From positions 224,001 through 288,000 of the forward strand of contig JBOEGD010000001.1 of NCBI GenBank assembly GCA_050633245.1: a stretch of DNA of 64,000 nt, read 5' to 3'. Position numbers and translations under genes: made by a program. The stretch's first letter is position 1. The number at the start of each line of letters is the position of its first letter. Source of the stretch: Calditrichia bacterium (GTDB lineage: Bacteria; Calditrichota; Calditrichia; RBG-13-44-9; J075). Below the pieces are notes generated by a model. That model did no database searches. It had not been told where the DNA came from and worked only from the letters and a program-made list of their open reading frames with translations. Of this stretch, positions 58,213-64,000 are shown in pieces.

Positions 58213-58554
58213 ATGACTATGCCATTTGTTGAGATTGATGGAAAAATGCGCGCAGTAATGAACTATCAGCGCGCAAGTGAAGACGATGCAATATTACTGC
58301 AGGAGTTAACTCAGAGCGAGAATCTTCAGTATGCTTCACTAAAAAACAATGGACGTTCAGACGATTCAATCTTTGCCCTTCTTTTCTCTGCCGATGATGA
58401 TGACACACTTCCGGAAATTCGCGTTAATATTGATATACTCACCAAAAGACAGCTTTCTGCACTTATTAGCCAACGCCTCGATACCTCACTACAAACGCTT
58501 ACCCGTATGAATAAGACTGATTTGGTAAAGCTGCTTCTTTCATTGGGAAAATGA
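58213..58554 (+). CDS. Hypothetical protein, possible C-terminal Rho-N/HeH-like helical motif
   Basis: LTKRQL...L...RMNKTDLVKLL pattern. Confidence 0.55.
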   Translation: MTMPFVEIDGKMRAVMNYQRASEDDAILLQELTQSENLQYASLKNNGRSDDSIFALLFSADDDDTLPEIRVNIDILTKRQLSALISQRLDTSLQTLTRMNKTDLVKLLLSLGK

Positions 58555-58751
58555 CAATTATCCAAACGAGTATAGATTTATCTAACCTGCTTCGTCAGAT
58601 ACTTTGAGCTGTCGAGCAAGTTCATGACCTGAAAAAAGCATACGCCAGGGCAGCTTACTAAATTCTTCATAGGTTCTCTGAAGCAAAGCGCCAGCCTGAA
58701 AGGGGTTTTTTCCGGCGGCAGAACAGCTTGCTGAAACGCTATAAGTGGTGA

Positions 58752-59516
58752 TTATCGCCAGTGCGGATGACCCTCGTTGACTCCCGACTCGTCTAAAAAT
58801 ACCTCTACAGAAAAATTATCCTGCATGTCAATTAAGTAAAGCCCGCTTTCGTTGCCGAGAACAGTAGTGAGGATAAACTGGCCATCGGCATTCATAACGA
58901 AAGGTCGAATAAGGCCGTTAACTGCCCTGGTAAAGCAAATCTTTGATCGATCGGATGAAAGATGCGGATGCGTTTCATTTTCTAGTGTTGCCGTCAAGCG
59001 AATTTGATTGTTGCCGTTTCCATCCATAATGTAGATGTCATCGGAACCGTTTTGATTACTCAAAAAAACAATGCGTTGGCCAGAATTACCTTGTTGAAAA
59101 GTGCCGTTAATAATAACCGTTCCGGTATGATTAACGGGTATGAGCGTAATATCAAGAATTATCGTTTGACTCGCTTCAACGTTTGTAAATGCCTCTCCCC
59201 GATATGTGAGAACGCCATTGGAGTCGTAAACAAATATTTCGAATTTACGATTTAGACCGCTGGGGATGTCGGCAATCGTGCCACTAACTAATGTTGGAGT
59301 CACGGTCAATGCTTGGCGAATGGTATCCATGTCAACAGCACTTACCACAGCCTCTGCGGAAGAAACAAGCGATTGTATCTCTGGTGGAACGGCAAAGGCA
59401 AGGGACGTATTTGACATCTCGTCAGTTGGTGCTGATGATATAGTGCCACTGTCATTCGAACAGCTTATGGCTAAACAGATACACAATACACAAAGCAAAT
59501 GGATTACCCGGTGCAT
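58752..59516 (-). CDS. Lipoprotein with Ig-like domain and short TolB/PD40-like repeat region
   Basis: AISC lipobox; RIVF.S...G..DIYIMD..G..Q.RLT; AAGGAG RBS. Confidence 0.75.
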   Translation of the reverse strand: MHRVIHLLCVLCICLAISCSNDSGTISSAPTDEMSNTSLAFAVPPEIQSLVSSAEAVVSAVDMDTIRQALTVTPTLVSGTIADIPSGLNRKFEIFVYDSNGVLTYRGEAFTNVEASQTIILDITLIPVNHTGTVIINGTFQQGNSGQRIVFLSNQNGSDDIYIMDGNGNNQIRLTATLENETHPHLSSDRSKICFTRAVNGLIRPFVMNADGQFILTTVLGNESGLYLIDMQDNFSVEVFLDESGVNEGHPHWR

Positions 59517-59703
59517 GGCAGGATGCTCCTTCTGGGATGTCATATATATGTAGTTTCTAATAACTGGGAGGACTTAAAAAAAATAGATATCTGAGAGATG
59601 TCAATGCAAAATTCTACATGGGGGCTGTTGCTTCTGGTAAGAATATCTACTATCTTTTAGCGCTCTGACAAGATGAGGGCTTTAAGCATTTTTTGGGGGG
59701 GCT

Positions 59704-60473
59704 ATGGGACTTGTTCTAACGATTGAGCGAAAACTAAAGCGGATTTTTAAGGTATTTAAAGGGACGTATTTTACTGTAGGAAAAGTTGGTGCTCCGTTGA
59801 AAGGTGACTACTGGGATTCGGTATTTTATACAGAAGGCGTGAGTGACGCGAAACCATAAGCAGTAAAAAAGGTGAGTACTCAGCTAAGCACCATTATGCC
59901 TCGGTAGAAATGCATTTATTGCGACAATTTGTAAACCATAATATCTCCGGCTTCAAAAGTTTGCTCGATATTGGTAGCGGAGCTGGTCATTGGATAGATT
60001 TCTATCGTAGCCTCGGCGTGGAAAAAGCAATCGGAATCGAGGTCTCAGCGAATTGTGTTGAGCATTTGAATCAAAAGTATGCCGGTGACGAAAACGTTTC
60101 GTTTTATCTGGGAGCCACTTTCGATGTGTTTGAAAAAGAAACGCTTCCGCAGTTTGACCAGATCAGCGGAATCGGAGTGCTCTTTCATATTGTCGATGAC
60201 AAGGAATTGATTGCCTGTCTGGAACATTTCTATAAGCACCTCGAGCCTGGAGGCTATTTGATTGTTGGTAGTAACTTTGGACACTGGCCAATGAACATCA
60301 ATACGCAGGTAAAGTTTGGAAAAATCGTGAACAAACGTTTGCGCAGTCGCTACTGATGGAAGCGCAACTTAAAAAAGCTGGGCTTCAGTAACATTCGCAT
60401 GCAGTATAATTCTGCCTATGCTTTTATTAATGATCGAACGCCTGAAAACAGTCTTTTAATATGTCAAAAATAA
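59704..60473 (+). pseudogene. Class I SAM-dependent methyltransferase, disrupted
   Basis: LLDIGSGAG, GVLFHIVDD, LEPGG; 1-nt frameshift near 59851-53 and in-frame TGA at 60354-56 followed by 38 more sense codons. Confidence 0.75.
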
Positions 60474-60994
60474 CAGACTCTGAATTTATATCCGATCTCT
60501 CGACTCATCACGTTGCCCTTGAAGCTTCTACAAGTCACGTTTTGGAAACGATTGCGGTTATTCCGAATAATCTTCATTATGTGAAACCGGAAACGGGTTG
60601 GAGTGTAGCGCAAATACTGACCCACCTTTGTGAAACAGAAAAATTTAGCTTGAAAACTTTACAGGCAACCGGAAAATCAACTGAGGGTCGACCACCAGAT
60701 GAATGGGTTCGCAAACTGGAAAAAGCGCTGCTTCGGAGAGATCGAGAATATTCTGCTCCGCAAGTAACGCTTCCGAACGAGAAAAATGCTATAGAGCCTG
60801 ACCTTAAAAGATTTAGCGATTATCGCCGGGAAATGCATGTAATTATCGATCAGTTTGATCTCACTGAAACCTGTGCGCAAAGTCCCCACCCGGTTGTAGG
60901 CTATATGACGCGCATTGAATGGATTTACTTTACCGTATTTCACGGTTATCGCCATGCCGAACAGATGCGGCTGGTTGCAGAAACGAGCAGTTAG
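60461..60994 (+). CDS. DinB/YfiT-like (DinB_2) putative metal-dependent protein
   Basis: WSVAQILTHL, HP..G....EW....H..RH..Q. Confidence 0.88.
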   Translation: MSKITDSEFISDLSTHHVALEASTSHVLETIAVIPNNLHYVKPETGWSVAQILTHLCETEKFSLKTLQATGKSTEGRPPDEWVRKLEKALLRRDREYSAPQVTLPNEKNAIEPDLKRFSDYRREMHVIIDQFDLTETCAQSPHPVVGYMTRIEWIYFTVFHGYRHAEQMRLVAETSS

Positions 60995-61107
60995 AGCCTT
61001 CCCAAGGACACGCTATACTTATTGGTTTTACGAAAAATATGTCCATGATATGAAAACGTTGCTTGCTACATTGTGCGAGTGACGTCAGAAAACCTAAAGG
61101 TTAGTCG

Positions 61108-61545
61108 ATGGCAAATATTACAAAAAAAGAAATCGATGAGCTCGTCAATAACTTCCTGAATAAAAAGTTGCCGCGCTCTCGCTGGACGCATCAGGCGCAT
61201 CTAATTGTGGGCACTGCAATGTACTTACGTTATGGTCTTGAAAAGGGCGTAGATATTATGCGCCATCGGGTTGTTCAATATAATGTGTCTTGCGGAGTGG
61301 AAAACACGCTGACCAGTGGCTATCATGAAACCATTACCGTTTTTTATATGATCATGATTTCCTATAAACTCCGAACCGTTGCCGGAGCATTTTCAGAAAT
61401 GGGCAAATATTTACATATACTTAACAGTGAGCTCGCCAAGCCCGGAATTTTAGGAGAATTCTATTCCAATTCGCTGCTTTGCTCTGAGGCTGCCCGAACC
61501 AACTGGGTCGATCCTGATTTGCAGCAATTGCCTCATAGCCTGTAG
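61108..61545 (+). CDS. Conserved hypothetical protein
   Basis: WTHQAHL, GYHETIT, S..AR..WV.PDL motifs. Confidence 0.75.
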   Translation: MANITKKEIDELVNNFLNKKLPRSRWTHQAHLIVGTAMYLRYGLEKGVDIMRHRVVQYNVSCGVENTLTSGYHETITVFYMIMISYKLRTVAGAFSEMGKYLHILNSELAKPGILGEFYSNSLLCSEAARTNWVDPDLQQLPHSL

Positions 61546-61596
61546 GAGTATGCGGTAGCTAAAGGTAGGACTCGTGGAGTCTGTTGTATTGAGAGG

Positions 61597-61627
61597 AAAA
61601 AAAGCGACCTAATACAAGGCCGCTTTT
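61597..61627 (-). terminator. Intrinsic terminator between convergent genes
   Basis: AAAAGCGACCT-N6-AGGCCGCTTTT with A-tract on +. Confidence 0.7.
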
Positions 61628-61632
61628 GTAAT

Positions 61633-62091
61633 TTAGTCGCGGTCTGGTTCTTCTGCTTCTTCCATTGAATCAGCAGACTTCTCCGTCTCTTTTTCCGGCT
61701 TGTTAATTACTTTGTCCAAAGATGGTGCATAGATGGCAATCGCTCTTCCTTTGCGATTTGCAGATGTTCCAAAGAGGAAAGAGGCGACTTTTGCGCCAGT
61801 GGTCGCATCTTTAATATCTCCCAACACAATTGCATTCGCTCCCAGTTTACCGGCCTCTTCCCGAAGCTTGTCGATCATTGCTCCTTCACTTGTTGTACCA
61901 TCGTCACCTTTAGCGTTGAGAATTGCCAGGCGAGTGTGATCTGGCAAAGAGTCTGTCTCAAAAAAGACCTGGACGTATTCAGCTTTCATTATTCGACCAG
62001 TTGGGTTTGGTGCAAGGACAGATTTGCTAACGCTTAAACAGCTTGTAAATGTCAGTGAAAACGCAATCAGTAATACCTGTAATTTTTTCAT
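61633..62091 (-). CDS. Lipoprotein, YbjQ/dodecin-like 'EAGKLGANAIV' fold
   Basis: FTSC lipobox; LREEAGKLGANAIVL motif. Confidence 0.7.
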   Translation of the reverse strand: MKKLQVLLIAFSLTFTSCLSVSKSVLAPNPTGRIMKAEYVQVFFETDSLPDHTRLAILNAKGDDGTTSEGAMIDKLREEAGKLGANAIVLGDIKDATTGAKVASFLFGTSANRKGRAIAIYAPSLDKVINKPEKETEKSADSMEEAEEPDRD

Positions 62092-62228
62092 AAATTCCTC
62101 CCCAGGAAATTAAATAAGTAGATGAAGTTGTTTGGAATAATTGGAATATAGTATCCATCTTAGCTGAATTGCGCAATGATTGCTACTCAGTTTACTTTTC
62201 GTCGCGGCAATCAGAACATGTGGTGAAT

Positions 62229-64000
62229 TTAGTTGGAGAGCCCTTGCCAGCGCCGCAGAACTGTCTCTTGTGCAGGTGATATGGTTTGCGGAAAAGTCAT
62301 GACATGTCGATAGCGAAAGGTGAGGCTTTTAAGCGTAATATCGAACCGTTTCCTTCCACGCTTTATTCGCAAGTCGAAGCTGCTTCCTGCCGAGCGCTGC
62401 CGAACGCGTTCCAGCAGTGCATCCAGGTTGGCAGGCGTTGCTCGCCTTCGATCTATTTCCAGCACAACATCTCCACGCTTCAGCCCTTCGCTTGCCCGAC
62501 GCTGATCGACCCAAACAATCTCGAGAGCTTTTTCTCCGGGAATGATTACAATTCCAGGATCTCCCTCGGTGCTTTCAGCGTCATCTGCTTCTTTGTATTG
62601 TAGGCCAATTCCAGCCAATACATCTCGCACCGGAAGGGGTTGGTTGCCAACAATATAGCTCTCAATAAAGTCTTCGAATTCCGGTCCGCTATATTCTTGC
62701 AGGATTCGAAAAAAACGCTCTTCGGGCAGCGGGCGATCGACACCGTAATCCAGGTGAAGATCGCGCAACACATCGCGCAGGCCGCGATTGCCAAACGTAC
62801 GCTCAAGAAGATGGATGTCGAATAATGCAGCCACAAGTGCTCCACGGCTGTAAACACTCAGGTAATCCTTCTGTTGACGTTTTTTCTGTATGCTCATATT
62901 ATAGAGACTGACCGAACCAGGAAAAAAATCTTCCTGAAAGAGCTTATCTCGGAAGTCTCTTCCAAGATAGTGATTAATCGTTTTGAGCCCGGCGTGTACC
63001 TGCAGCATGTCTGATGCCCACTCGGTGACACCTTCAAAAAACCATAGATGTCCTGAAGGACGTGCATTAAAAAGATTTGCATCATCCAGAGCATCACTGC
63101 GAATTGAAAAAGGAATGAAAAGGTGAAAGAACTCATGCGCGATAACATCCTGAACGCGTTGCCGAATATTGGCGAAGGGTGCGTCTTTAAAAACAAACGC
63201 AGAGCTATTGCGAAACTGTACGCCACCGGCATGTTTTTCATCAAAAATAAACAGCATTGTTGCGTTGTCTGTCGGCAATTCGCCCATAAAGTTGTGCGTT
63301 GCCCGAATTACGGCATCCACTGGTTCGAGCAAATCATCGCTGTGAATGGAATTGCTGCGCGAATACGTATGCAGCGCAATATCGGCACCTAAAATACGCT
63401 CATTCTCCGAGCTTATGTTTCCCATTAGAATAGGTGTACTTATCGCAGTGCTGAAGTTTTTACAAATGATAGTATTCTCATTCTGAAATGGCAGGGCCGT
63501 GCCAAAGCGCCAATGTGCGGGCGCTTTCAGCTCAATCGAAAATGCGGCATTCTCACGCCCCGATATCAGACCAAAAATGCCCTTGCCGTTGATTAGCGCT
63601 AAATCTCGTTTTACCACGGTTCCTGCCATAGGATAAACCTGCGGCTCGAAAAGTTTTCCCCAGGTACCGGCTACCTCATAGTGAATGCTCTTTACGTCCT
63701 GTGGTCGTTCAATGATCCAGCGATACGGCCCGGCATTGCGGGTGAGTAGCTTAGTACCCGCGGAATCCATTGCGCTGAAGTTTTGAACATAATGTCGAAA
63801 ATCACTCCCTGAGAATGCTCCTACAGCTGCAAAGATAAACTGGTTGTTGTGCGGCTTTAAATCGCCGGTTTCCAGCGTGATGTAAAAACGATTTCTGGAC
63901 GCATCTTTTACATCGACTGTATAGTGATAGGCTGGCTTTATAACAGGAAGAGCCTCTGCTGTTGTCTCTGGCTTTTGTTCGGCAGTAGCATTTATCGCGA
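62229..64000 (-). CDS. M61 glycyl-aminopeptidase-like metallopeptidase with PDZ domain, 5' end outside window
   Basis: IAHEFFH, LWFFEGVTEW, VYSRGAL; frame stays open from 63770 to window end. Confidence 0.88.
   Translation of the reverse strand, partial: AINATAEQKPETTAEALPVIKPAYHYTVDVKDASRNRFYITLETGDLKPHNNQFIFAAVGAFSGSDFRHYVQNFSAMDSAGTKLLTRNAGPYRWIIERPQDVKSIHYEVAGTWGKLFEPQVYPMAGTVVKRDLALINGKGIFGLISGRENAAFSIELKAPAHWRFGTALPFQNENTIICKNFSTAISTPILMGNISSENERILGADIALHTYSRSNSIHSDDLLEPVDAVIRATHNFMGELPTDNATMLFIFDEKHAGGVQFRNSSAFVFKDAPFANIRQRVQDVIAHEFFHLFIPFSIRSDALDDANLFNARPSGHLWFFEGVTEWASDMLQVHAGLKTINHYLGRDFRDKLFQEDFFPGSVSLYNMSIQKKRQQKDYLSVYSRGALVAALFDIHLLERTFGNRGLRDVLRDLHLDYGVDRPLPEERFFRILQEYSGPEFEDFIESYIVGNQPLPVRDVLAGIGLQYKEADDAESTEGDPGIVIIPGEKALEIVWVDQRRASEGLKRGDVVLEIDRRRATPANLDALLERVRQRSAGSSFDLRIKRGRKRFDITLKSLTFRYRHVMTFPQTISPAQETVLRRWQGLSN

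Noticed and set aside
60354-60356. Selenocysteine or programmed readthrough TGA
   Set aside because: Context Y-*-W suggests a Trp codon mutation, no evident SECIS, and the gene has a second lesion

Overview
Chromosomal window (no rRNA, tRNA, CRISPR or transposase seen) from a diderm bacterium, most likely Calditrichota/KSB1-like; this is inferred from four secreted proteins ending in the 'QNYPNPFNP(S/T)TTI' sorting domain. Housekeeping or accessory genes include dinB, an orphan parA, a cyclophilin, blaI/blaR1-TonB, mltF, aceB, pyk, kptA, a cation-chloride cotransporter, two S8 proteases and an M61 peptidase. Three loci stand out. (1) 14.9-27.1 kb: a small lipoprotein that is essentially one ZU5-like domain ending in the autoproteolytic HFS motif, followed by only 8 residues (SRYALSRG). 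It has a textbook sigma54 promoter (-24/-12, IHF site, enhancer repeats). It sits divergent from an operon encoding a Ser/Thr kinase-STAND-TPR protein, a sensorless His kinase, Zn-ribbon-TPR and Zn-ribbon-FHA adaptors, an oligopeptide ABC importer and a headless sigma54 activator. This is a candidate self-cleaving-peptide signalling circuit. (2) 1.7-3.9 kb: a DUF6504-like/dinB mutagenesis cassette interrupted by a repeat-flanked four-helix-bundle gene, with a 7-bp x8 repeat inside the dinB 5' coding region (candidate phase-variable mutator). (3) 46.6-52.1 kb: a FadL-like barrel, a membrane TPR-STAND ATPase and a STAND-Ser/Thr kinase (candidate trans-envelope STAND signalling). All family calls come from motif recognition by eye; no searches were run.
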